Part shown: piece after piece, positions 30,394 through 38,658 of the stretch
Position numbering within the stretch: the first letter of the stretch is position 1
How the letters are laid out: each line of letters opens with the position of its first letter
DNA from: an uncultured Anaerolinea sp.
GTDB taxonomy: Bacteria > Chloroflexota > Anaerolineae > Anaerolineales > UBA4823
DNA length: 64,000 nt
Direction: 5' to 3'
Assembly: GCA_964503145.1 (NCBI GenBank)
Contig: CAZCYV010000017.1
Location: forward strand, 16,718-80,717
Program-made: the position numbers and the translations under genes
The notes under the pieces: model-generated
Database searches by the model: none
What the model was told of the DNA's origin: nothing
The model's input: the letters and a program-made list of their open reading frames with translations, nothing else

Positions 30394-31770
30394 ATGTATC
30401 TATCCAAGAGCAATCTTTCTCGGCGTGATTTTCTCCGACTGGCAGGGATCACCGCCGCCGGCGCGCTGTTGACGGCTTGCGAAGCCAGGGCGCCGAAAAC
30501 CACCTCGGTCGGTTCCGGGGCGGTGCAACTGGTCTATCAGGATTGGCGCACCGAATGGTTCCCCGCCATGGCGCAAGAAATGCTGACAAAATTCAACAGC
30601 GAGCATCCAAATATCCGCGTCTTCTATACCCCCGATCCGGACAATCTGGAAGTCAAAATGCCCGCCGATATGGCCGCCGGCACTGCGCCCGATGTCCTTT
30701 CGGGGTGTTGCGATTTTTTCCCCGCCTGGGCAAACGCCGGCCACCTGCTCGACTTGCGCCCATATGTCGAGGCTGACCTGGATCAGGAGACTATCAATGA
30801 TTGGTCTCCGGCGCAGTACCAGGCGCTCTTCACGCGGGACGGAAAACAATTCGGATTGCCCAAATATCACGGGGCATTGGCGCTCTATTACAACAAAGAT
30901 CTCTTCGATGCAGCCGGAGTGGATTACCCCACGGATCAATGGACTTACGACGATTACCTGGAGGCGATGAAAAAGCTGACCGTCCAGAAAGGGAACCAGA
31001 TCGTACAATGGGGCAGCATGTTCGACATCGCCTGGGACCGCATTCAGATCCACGTCAACGGGTTCGGCGGGCACTTCGTCAACCCCGATGATCCAACTCA
31101 ATGCGAGATGAGCTCCCCGCCAGCGTTAGAGGCAATGGAATGGCTACGGCAGCGCATGTGGGACGACAGAGTCATGGCGACCTTTCTCGACGTGCAAAAT
31201 GCCGAAACCCGCCAGGCCTTCGTCCAACAGAAGATTGCCATGGTCGAGGACGGTTCTTGGGCGTTGCGGGATATCCTCGAAAACGCGGCTTTCCGCATCG
31301 GAGTGGCGCCCTTCCCAACCGGCCCCAAGCGCCACGCCACGCTGGCGACCACCGATGGCTTTGGGATTTACGCCGGGACGAAACACCCTGAGGCGGCCTG
31401 GGAGCTGCTGAAATTCCTGGTGAGCAAAGAATATGGTCGCGCCATGGCGCGCACGCATTTCCTGCAGCCCGCCCGCGCCTCTCTGGTGCACGAATGGGCC
31501 GACTACGTGCGCCAGGAATATCCCCAAAAGGCCCGAGAAGTCAACATCGAAGCCTTCGCCGATGGGCAGACCAAAGGCTACTCTGTTACAGCAGAGATTT
31601 TCCCCAACATGGTTGGCGTTGGAAAGCTCGCTAAAGACGCGTGGGACCAGATCTACACCTTGGGCAAAACCCCGGTGTCTGCCATGCAAGATGTCTGTCG
31701 GCAGATCGAAGCGCTGCAAAATTCTGGCGGCCAATCGCTGGCGCCATGCAATTGTGATCCGGAAATGTAA
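30394..31770 (+). CDS. Extracellular solute-binding protein (ABC family 1, sugar-type) with Tat/lipoprotein-like signal
   Basis: Start set to ATG 30394 with AAGGAGA upstream. Signal sequence SRRDFLRLAGITAAGALLTAC. Body is typical of family 1 carbohydrate SBPs. No permease or ATPase genes are adjacent. Confidence 0.85.
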   Translation: MYLSKSNLSRRDFLRLAGITAAGALLTACEARAPKTTSVGSGAVQLVYQDWRTEWFPAMAQEMLTKFNSEHPNIRVFYTPDPDNLEVKMPADMAAGTAPDVLSGCCDFFPAWANAGHLLDLRPYVEADLDQETINDWSPAQYQALFTRDGKQFGLPKYHGALALYYNKDLFDAAGVDYPTDQWTYDDYLEAMKKLTVQKGNQIVQWGSMFDIAWDRIQIHVNGFGGHFVNPDDPTQCEMSSPPALEAMEWLRQRMWDDRVMATFLDVQNAETRQAFVQQKIAMVEDGSWALRDILENAAFRIGVAPFPTGPKRHATLATTDGFGIYAGTKHPEAAWELLKFLVSKEYGRAMARTHFLQPARASLVHEWADYVRQEYPQKAREVNIEAFADGQTKGYSVTAEIFPNMVGVGKLAKDAWDQIYTLGKTPVSAMQDVCRQIEALQNSGGQSLAPCNCDPEM

Positions 31771-31782
31771 CGGAGCAGATAG

Positions 31783-34275
31783 GTGAATTTTCAGCGCGTT
31801 CGGTCCAGGCTGCGCAACAAGATCATTGCCTGGTCGTTTGTCCCAACGGCGATCATCCTGTTTCTGGTGGCGCTTTCGCTCTATTTTGCCTATCAAAAGG
31901 TCACCGAAGATCTGGTCTTTAAACGGGACGAAGAATTAACCCGGCTCTCGGCCAGCGAAATCTCGGCCAGCTTCGAAGAATACATCGACCGATTGACCGC
32001 CCTGGCGCGGCTGCCCGATGTCTATCTGGGCCAACCCCGAGACCAGCGCCTGGCGTTGATGCGATCCAGGAATCAGATGTTCCTTTTCGATGGTGGGGTT
32101 TACATCATTGATAACCTGGGAACCGTCATTGCTGCCATTCCCGAAAACCCGCGCGTATTGGGACAAAACTGGTCGGACCGCACATTCTTCAGCGGTATGG
32201 TGCGCGTGGCCGGCCTGATCATCACCGATATCGAGCCAAACGGTCCGGACGGCGAGGAGGTCATTGCGATTGCCGTGCCGATCATCGGCGCGCGCGAAGA
32301 ATTCAATGGCGTCCTGGTAGGCATGTTCCGTCTGAACGCGACCTCGCTCAGCCCCTTCTATGGCACACTGATCAAGCTGCGCATCGGACGCACCGGCGAT
32401 GCCTATCTGGTGGATGGTTCGCGCCGCATCATTTTCTCGAACCACCCGGAGCTGACCGGCGAGCTATTTACAGATCATCCGGTCGCTGAAACAGCGTTCA
32501 CGGGCCGGGTGGGCGTCTTGCGCACACGTGATATCAACGGCCAGGAAATCCTGGCCGGCTATGCTCCGATACCGCGCACGAACTGGACACTGGTGGTGGA
32601 GGAGGATTGGAATAATCTGGTGCGCACCAGCCAGGGGATTCTGCAGTCGCTGTGGGTGTTGCTGGTGCTCGGCGTTGCCATCCCGACTATTGTAGTGATG
32701 GTGGGCGTGCGGCGGATTACCGGACCGATTACCGATTTCATCGCCGCCGCTCAACGCATCGCCGGAGGCGACTTCAGCCATCCGATCACCGTCGAAACGG
32801 GCGATGAACTCGAGGAGCTGGCGCATCAGTTCAACACCATGGCGGTGAATCTAAAAGACCTCTATGAAAACCTGGAGACGCGCGTCGCTCAACGCACCCA
32901 GGAATTAACCGCGCTTAACTCAGTCGCCGCGGTGGTCAGCCGATCGCTCGACCTGGAGCAAATCTTGCGGGACGCATTGACCAAGACCATCGAAGTTCTG
33001 GATATGGACGCCGGTGCGGTGTTTCGCTTTCATCCAGAGACCGGCGACCTAATCCTGGTGGATCAGCAAGGTCTGAGCACAGAGATGACCGCTCTGATCA
33101 GCAACCTCTCGGTTGAGTCCAGCATCATCGCTGATGTGCTTCACAACCGACGGCCTGCGGCCCGCCTGGTGAAAGACTACCCCGAAGGCCCGCTAAAGGA
33201 TGTCATGCAGCGAGATCGGTTGGTCACCGTGGTCAGCATCCCCTTGGTCGCCCATGAGACTGTGCTGGGCGCCATCAACGTCACCAGCCATTCTCTGATC
33301 TGGCCGACTACCGAAGCGCTGGCAGTGCCGGCATCGATCGGCCAACAGATCGGCGTCGCCATGGATAACGCCCGGCTGTACAACCAGACGGTCGAGTACG
33401 CCCGGGAGATGGAAATCGCCCGCCAGGCCGCAGAAGAAGCCCGCGCCATCGCAGAAGCGGCAAACGCAGCCAAGAGCGACTTTTTAGCCAACGTCAGCCA
33501 TGAGTTGCGCACGCCGCTGGTCTCGATTTTCGGATTTGCCAGAATCATCCAGCGGCGACTGGACGAACGCATCTATCCGCTCCTGCTGCCCGGTGCGGAT
33601 GAAAACATCCAGCGAATGTTCGGCCAGATCGATGAAAACCTGAAGATCGTCCTGGATGAGGGTCAGCGGTTGATGAAGCTGATCGATGACCTGCTGGACC
33701 TCGAAAAGATCGAGGCGGGCAAGATGGAATGGCAGCAACAGCCATTTGCCATCGGCGATGTCATTTGCCAGGCTACGGCCGCCACGTCTGCGCTGGTGGA
33801 GGGACGCGGCCTGGAATACGCTTTCAGCGTCCCAGACGACCTGCCGCTGGTGAACGGCGATCCGGATCGCATCATGCAGGTGGTGATCAATCTGGTCTCC
33901 AATGCGGTAAAATTTACCCAACAGGGCGCCATCTCAGTCTGTGCTCGGAGCGACGGCGCGGAGGTCGTCGTCGATGTCATCGACCAGGGCATCGGGATCG
34001 CCGTATCCGACCAGGCATACCTTTTCGAGAAATTCAGCCAGGTGGGTGATACGCTGACTGCCAAACCCAAGGGCACCGGCCTGGGCCTGGCGATCAGCAA
34101 AGAGATCATCGAGCATCATGGCGGGCGTATCTGGGTGGAGAGCGAACCCGGAAAAGGCAGCAAATTTTCCTTCACCTTGCCCATATACAAGCCCGAAGAA
34201 GCCCTTGCCGTGAACTTACGTGTAGATGAGCATTCAGCCAGTCGTTCAGTAGGAGAAAATGAAGATGCCAAGTGA
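31783..34275 (+). CDS. Sensor histidine kinase (TM-dCache-TM-HAMP-GAF-HisKA-HATPase)
   Basis: 830 aa with a periplasmic Cache-like region between two TM helices, a HAMP domain ([15 protein letters not shown]), a GAF domain, the H-box [15 protein letters not shown] and the G-box [16 protein letters not shown] start. Confidence 0.92.
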   Translation: MNFQRVRSRLRNKIIAWSFVPTAIILFLVALSLYFAYQKVTEDLVFKRDEELTRLSASEISASFEEYIDRLTALARLPDVYLGQPRDQRLALMRSRNQMFLFDGGVYIIDNLGTVIAAIPENPRVLGQNWSDRTFFSGMVRVAGLIITDIEPNGPDGEEVIAIAVPIIGAREEFNGVLVGMFRLNATSLSPFYGTLIKLRIGRTGDAYLVDGSRRIIFSNHPELTGELFTDHPVAETAFTGRVGVLRTRDINGQEILAGYAPIPRTNWTLVVEEDWNNLVRTSQGILQSLWVLLVLGVAIPTIVVMVGVRRITGPITDFIAAAQRIAGGDFSHPITVETGDELEELAHQFNTMAVNLKDLYENLETRVAQRTQELTALNSVAAVVSRSLDLEQILRDALTKTIEVLDMDAGAVFRFHPETGDLILVDQQGLSTEMTALISNLSVESSIIADVLHNRRPAARLVKDYPEGPLKDVMQRDRLVTVVSIPLVAHETVLGAINVTSHSLIWPTTEALAVPASIGQQIGVAMDNARLYNQTVEYAREMEIARQAAEEARAIAEAANAAKSDFLANVSHELRTPLVSIFGFARIIQRRLDERIYPLLLPGADENIQRMFGQIDENLKIVLDEGQRLMKLIDDLLDLEKIEAGKMEWQQQPFAIGDVICQATAATSALVEGRGLEYAFSVPDDLPLVNGDPDRIMQVVINLVSNAVKFTQQGAISVCARSDGAEVVVDVIDQGIGIAVSDQAYLFEKFSQVGDTLTAKPKGTGLGLAISKEIIEHHGGRIWVESEPGKGSKFSFTLPIYKPEEALAVNLRVDEHSASRSVGENEDAK

Positions 34276-34651
34276 ATCGGACAGAAAAATCCTGATCGTT
34301 GAGGATGAAGCCTATATTCGTTTACTCATCGAGCAGACTCTGGAAGAGCTTGAGGAGCAAGGCGTGGATATCCTCGAAGCAGATAACGGCCAGGATGCTC
34401 TGCGCCTGATTCAAGAAGAGACCCCTCAACTGGTTTTCTTAGATGTGATGATTCCTAAGATCAACGGTTTCGAAGTCTGCCGAACGGTCAAGCGAGAGCT
34501 TGGTATGAAGGACGTCACGATCGTGATCCTGACCGCGAAGGGCCAGGAATATGATTATCAGACCGGTAAAGAGGCCGGCGCGGATCTGTACATGACCAAG
34601 CCCTTCGACCCGGATGAGCTGCTGGAGCTGGCGAAAAAGGTATTGCGCTGA
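34259..34651 (+). CDS. Single-domain response regulator (CheY-like receiver)
   Basis: 130 aa with ILIVEDE, the phospho-acceptor context [14 protein letters not shown], and LTAKG. Overlaps the kinase gene by 17 nt. Confidence 0.9.
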   Translation: MKMPSESDRKILIVEDEAYIRLLIEQTLEELEEQGVDILEADNGQDALRLIQEETPQLVFLDVMIPKINGFEVCRTVKRELGMKDVTIVILTAKGQEYDYQTGKEAGADLYMTKPFDPDELLELAKKVLR

Positions 34652-34653
34652 CG

Positions 34654-36189
34654 ATGACCCAAACGAACTTAAGCAAATTTATCCGCAAGAACGCTGAGCC
34701 ATTCCTGTCCACTTTCCTGGCCTCTACCGGCGAAGAGATAGAAGTCCTGGATGTCGATGGCGCGATACTCTTGGGCGAAGTATCCGCAGGCGTATCGAAT
34801 GCTACAGTTCGTGTCCCCATTCAACACAGCGACGTCCCATGCGGTTGGGTGGTCGGCCCAGCCGGCTCCAAATGGACCGGGCAAGTCGCTAATCTGATCT
34901 CCTTCTTGCTGGCGCAGGAGAGCGAGAAACGGGCGCTGGCGGGCGAAGTGCTGGAGAAGTACCGCGAACTACACCTGCTGTATCGCTTATCTGAAAGGCT
35001 GATCGCATCACCAAAACCCGAAGTCATCGGTCAGATGGCATTGAACGAGGTCTGCTCGGCCTCGCAGTCCTCCAGTGGACTGCTGGTGCTCATCACCGAG
35101 GATGGGCCGCAGGTGATCGCCACCTGTGGCTGTTCTTGCATCCTCAAACCCGAAGCCTTCGAGGCGGACAGGATTATTGGGAGAGTGATTGCAAGCGGCA
35201 ATGCCGAGGTCTCGAACGAACTGCCCGCCAGCAATTTCTTCGAAGGCCGAAACGAAACGATCTCCGTGATGTGCGCCCCGCTTAAGGCAGAGAATCGCGT
35301 TTTCGGGGTTTTCATTATGATCGGCGACGACACCCGGCCATTCATGGCCGGCGACCTCAAGCTGCTCAACACTATTGCCTTGCAGACCGCCCCGGCCATC
35401 GAGATCGCCCATCTGCATCAGGTCGAACTGGAGAACGCCTGGCTGGAGCGCGATCTGCAGATGGCTCAGAAGGTGCAATCTGGACTGTTGCCCGGCCAGA
35501 TGCCCCAGTTGCCGGGCTGGCAGGTGGCGGCCTTCTGGCAGCCCGCGCATGTCGTCAGCGGCGACCTTTACGATTTCATTCACTTTCCCGATGGCAAGTT
35601 GGGACTGGTGGTCGCGGATGTCACCGATAAAGGCATGCCGGCTGCATTGCTCATGGCGAACGCGCGCAGCGTGCTACGCGGCGTGGCTGCCAGCGCCGGG
35701 CGCATCGGGATGGACTCGCCTGGCCGACTGCTGGCGCAGGTCAATGATGTGCTAAGCGAGGAAATGCCGATGGACATGTTCGTGACCTGTCTGCTGGCAG
35801 TGCTGGATCCTGTAAGCGGGCATCTGCGCTATGCCAACGCCGGGCACAATCCCCCGTACTTGTGCAGCGCCCAGCATGCCCTCGAATTACGCGCCACCGG
35901 CATGCCCCTGGGTATATTCCCCGACCTGGAATACGAGGAGAAAGAGGCCTTCCTGAATAGCGGCGATAGCCTGCTGATGTACAGCGATGGGCTGGTAGAA
36001 GCGCACAACCCGAACCGACAGATGTTCGGCTTCCCCAGGCTGCACCAGGTTCTGTCTTCCTTGCCAGCAGAAACCCGCCTGGATGTTGATGCCCTGATTC
36101 GCCACTTGATGGATCAGTTGACCGACTTCGCTACCCCCGGCTGGGAGCAGGAAGATGATATTACGATGATCGCTGTGCGGCGAATCTAG
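34654..36189 (+). CDS. GAF-domain PP2C-type (SpoIIE/RsbU-like) serine phosphatase
   Basis: 511 aa. PP2C/SpoIIE motifs are VSGDLYDF, VVADVTDKGMPAAL, YANAGHNPP, LLMYSDGLVEA and EDDITMIAV. Starts 3 nt after the response regulator stop. Confidence 0.9.
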   Translation: MTQTNLSKFIRKNAEPFLSTFLASTGEEIEVLDVDGAILLGEVSAGVSNATVRVPIQHSDVPCGWVVGPAGSKWTGQVANLISFLLAQESEKRALAGEVLEKYRELHLLYRLSERLIASPKPEVIGQMALNEVCSASQSSSGLLVLITEDGPQVIATCGCSCILKPEAFEADRIIGRVIASGNAEVSNELPASNFFEGRNETISVMCAPLKAENRVFGVFIMIGDDTRPFMAGDLKLLNTIALQTAPAIEIAHLHQVELENAWLERDLQMAQKVQSGLLPGQMPQLPGWQVAAFWQPAHVVSGDLYDFIHFPDGKLGLVVADVTDKGMPAALLMANARSVLRGVAASAGRIGMDSPGRLLAQVNDVLSEEMPMDMFVTCLLAVLDPVSGHLRYANAGHNPPYLCSAQHALELRATGMPLGIFPDLEYEEKEAFLNSGDSLLMYSDGLVEAHNPNRQMFGFPRLHQVLSSLPAETRLDVDALIRHLMDQLTDFATPGWEQEDDITMIAVRRI

Positions 36190-36198
36190 TCTTTCGGT

Positions 36199-37005
36199 TC
36201 AGCCTTCGATCCCCAACAGCTTGTTGAGCTTGTCCACGTCGAAGCTCAAGACGATATTTCCTCCGACGTCGAACACCGGGGTGGATTCGGGCCCCCCCGT
36301 CCAGGAACGCACACGCGCTGCGGCGGCGCGATCACGGGTGATATTGATCTCCTCAAAGGGGATATCGTTCACTTTCAAATAGGCGCGCGCCCGGCGGCAA
36401 GCAGGGCACCAATCGGTGCAATACAATACTACGCGCACCGGCTTCGGGGCATCTACAGGGCTGGGCAAAGCGCCAGACGCCGCCAGCGCCGGCTGAGCGG
36501 CTACCGCAGCGCCTTCGGGAACGATTTCCTGGGGCACAGGCACGCCTTCGATCTCTGCCAGCTCGCGGAACAGCACTTCGTTATCGGGTTGCTCGTCGAT
36601 GTTGTGCACGTCAACGTAACGGATGATACCGGTGCGATCCACGATGAAAATTGCCCGCTCGCTGTAACCCTCGGGGCGCAACACGCCATACTTCTGCGCC
36701 ACCTGCCCATGCGGCCAGAAATCCGACAACAGCGGATAGGTGATCCCCCCAAAGCTTTCTGCCCAGGCGCGCAGGCAATGCTTGCTATCTACGGAAATAC
36801 CCAGAACCTGGGTATTGACCCTCTCGAACCGGTCTAAGGCGACCTGATACGAGGGGATCTGCGCCGTTCATATCGGCGTCCAGGCCAGGGGGAAGAAAGC
36901 GATAACTACGTTTTTCCTGCCTAAGAAATCGCTCAGGCGAACTTTATCCCCAAGGTGTGACTCGAGGACAAAGTCAGGGGCATATTGCCCTACTCTCAGC
37001 GCCAT
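36199..37005 (-). CDS. Selenocysteine-containing AhpE-like peroxiredoxin fused to a glutaredoxin/NrdH-like domain (in-frame TGA at 36868-36870)
   Basis: My own translation of the minus strand from ATG 37005 (AAGGAG 6 nt upstream) gives MALRVGQYAPDFVLESHLGDKVRLSDFLGRKNVVIAFFPLAWTPI[TGA]TAQIPSYQVALDRFERVNTQVLGISVDSKHCLRAWAESFGGITYPLLSDFWPHG... This runs straight into ORF-track entry 36199..36729. The TGA occupies the peroxidatic Cys of the universal PxxxTxxC motif. The C-terminus carries a CPAC Grx-like domain (VVLYCTDWCPACRRA). Confidence 0.8.
36796..36857 (-). promoter_or_regulatory. Candidate bacterial SECIS region downstream of the in-frame UGA
   Basis: In the mRNA after the UGA there are two stem-loops. 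The first pairs CCCUC with GAGGG and encloses GGUC-GCCUUA-GACC, with its apical loop about 28-33 nt after the UGA. The second is a perfect 9-bp hairpin AAUACCCAG-GUU-CUGGGUAUU (36816-36796). Neither was scored with a SECIS model. Confidence 0.3.
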
Positions 37006-37196
37006 AATGCTCTCCTTGAGTGTCAGCAACAGGGCTTATTTTCTATTTTGTCAGAGGATAACAGAGAATCGCCTATACGACAAGGAAATTTGACAAGGCT
37101 TAACGTTTGCCAGGCGAAGGGCAACCGACGCCGATCCGCCCCCATTTTGGTGGCGGATCGGCTGAAAAAAAACCGATTCCCGGGGTGGCATCGGGC

Positions 37197-37224
37197 TTGA
37201 TTTATCGCTGGAAAGTGGTAAAAT
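37197..37224 (+). promoter_or_regulatory. Sigma-70-type promoter of the tRNA-Arg gene
   Basis: TTGATT (37197-37202), a 16-nt spacer, then TGgTAAAAT (extended -10, 37216-37224). The tRNA 5' end is 24 nt downstream. Confidence 0.55.
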
Positions 37225-37247
37225 AACCGTCGCTCAGTTGAGAGCCT

Positions 37248-37321
37248 GCCCTCGTAGCTCAGTGGATTAGAGCACTTGCTTGCGGAGCAAGGGGTCGCGT
37301 GTTCGAGTCGCGCCGGGGGCG
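37248..37321 (+). tRNA. tRNA-Arg (anticodon GCG)
   Basis: Hand-folded cloverleaf. Acceptor stem GCCCUCG/CGGGGGC with one G-U pair, D-arm GCUC-AGUGGAUUA-GAGC with A20, anticodon arm CUUGC-UUGCGGA-GCAAG with anticodon GCG at 37282-37284. Variable loop GGGUC, T-arm GCGUG-UUCGAGU-CGCGC, discriminator G. CCA is not encoded. Confidence 0.9.
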
Positions 37322-37330
37322 CTCGATTTT

Positions 37331-38530
37331 TTAACGCATCTTCACCAGCCAGGCGCTGACGAAGCCAACCAGACACACCCCAATCAGCAGATTCCCTGCT
37401 GAGACCCATCCCAGACCATCCACCAATCGGCCGAACAACACCGGACCGACCAACTGCCCCAGATTCTGGCCGATCAGAACGACCGCCAGCCCCAACCCGG
37501 CCCATTGTGGTCTGCGCATTACCTCGGGCGCGGCGGCAAACGTCGCCGTAGGCACGGCTCCGGCGATCAGCCCTTGAACGATCATCACGGCGACGATCGC
37601 CCCGCCCTCGACGCGGAAGGGAAACACAAGCAGCACTGCCAGCGCCAGGAATGGGAGCGAAAACACAAGACGGCGCGAGCCAATGCGATCAGAAAACCAA
37701 CCCGCTAGCGGCGCAGAAAATAAGACCATTATCGTGCCGATGCTGGCGACAAAGGCAGCCCGCCCCAGAGCAAAACCCCTGACCTCGTTCAGGAAGGTGG
37801 GATAGTATGTGCCCAGCGAGACCAGAGCCAGGTTGAAGCAACCGAATTCGAGCGCCAGCAGCCAGATATTCCGGTTCGCCAGGGCGCTGCGCAGATCGAG
37901 CAGCTCAGTAGCAGATCGATCGCCGGCCTGCTGCGCTGGTGGACGGCGGACAAAAACGGCATAAGCGGCAAACATCAGCACGGCGAACCCCGCTCCAAAC
38001 CACCATACTGCCGACAAGCCCTGCCAGGCCGTCAAAACCGGCGCCAGGAGATACATCATCACCGTGCCAACCGGCACCCAGGTGGCCCAGATGCCCATCG
38101 GCCCACCCTGACGCTCCGGCGGGAACCACATGGCGATGGTAGCAGGCGCCACCACGCCGATCAGCCCAATCCCAATCCCCTCGATCACCCGGCCGGTCAT
38201 CAGGGCGCCATAGTTGTTCGATAGGGCGCCCACGCTCGCGCCTGCGGCCATGCAGCCCAGGGCGACCAGCCCAGTGAGCCGAGGGCCCCAGCCTTGCAGG
38301 ATGACCCCCGCCGGCAACGCCAGGATCAGGCCCACCAGCGCGATGACAGACATCAATGCGCCCGCCTGCGCCAGATCGATCTGCAAGGTCTGCATTAAGA
38401 CGGGCATGACCGGCGGGACTTTGAACTGATTTAGCGGCGCAGCTACGCTGGCAAAATACACCACCCATAAGATCACCCAGGCATAGGGCAGCACAACTGC
38501 TAAAGGTCTGGAGGGAACGTTTTCGCTCAT
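37331..38530 (-). CDS. MFS transporter
   Basis: Start moved to ATG 38530 (MSENVPSRPL). About 12 TM helices with an MFS loop 2-3-like motif (LPAGVILQGWGPRL). It is the last gene of the corrinoid methyltransferase operon. Confidence 0.85.
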   Translation of the reverse strand: MSENVPSRPLAVVLPYAWVILWVVYFASVAAPLNQFKVPPVMPVLMQTLQIDLAQAGALMSVIALVGLILALPAGVILQGWGPRLTGLVALGCMAAGASVGALSNNYGALMTGRVIEGIGIGLIGVVAPATIAMWFPPERQGGPMGIWATWVPVGTVMMYLLAPVLTAWQGLSAVWWFGAGFAVLMFAAYAVFVRRPPAQQAGDRSATELLDLRSALANRNIWLLALEFGCFNLALVSLGTYYPTFLNEVRGFALGRAAFVASIGTIMVLFSAPLAGWFSDRIGSRRLVFSLPFLALAVLLVFPFRVEGGAIVAVMIVQGLIAGAVPTATFAAAPEVMRRPQWAGLGLAVVLIGQNLGQLVGPVLFGRLVDGLGWVSAGNLLIGVCLVGFVSAWLVKMR

Positions 38531-38658
38531 GGGCGCAATTTCCCGGGGCGCGCCGCCAAAAGTCCGGGCGGTCGAGGCAAACCTTCTCCGCCCGGCAACG
38601 GCTCCGCGGCGCAGCTTGTAGCCGGGATCGCTCTGATCCCGGCAACAAGCCAATCAGG

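Noticed and set aside
36589-36837. An 82-aa plus-strand ORF.
   Set aside because: It lies antisense within the peroxiredoxin coding sequence once the TGA-containing N-terminal half is recognised.
37130-37175. A perfect 11-bp hairpin GCCGATCCGCC / GGCGGATCGGC followed by A8, between the Sec-Prx gene and the tRNA.
   Set aside because: It is not a canonical terminator in either orientation. On the plus strand an A-tract follows the stem, and on the minus strand the T-tract precedes it. No function can be assigned.
37023-37505. A 160-aa minus-strand ORF.
   Set aside because: It runs antisense through the tRNA-Arg gene and its promoter and overlaps the MFS gene 3' end. No motifs.
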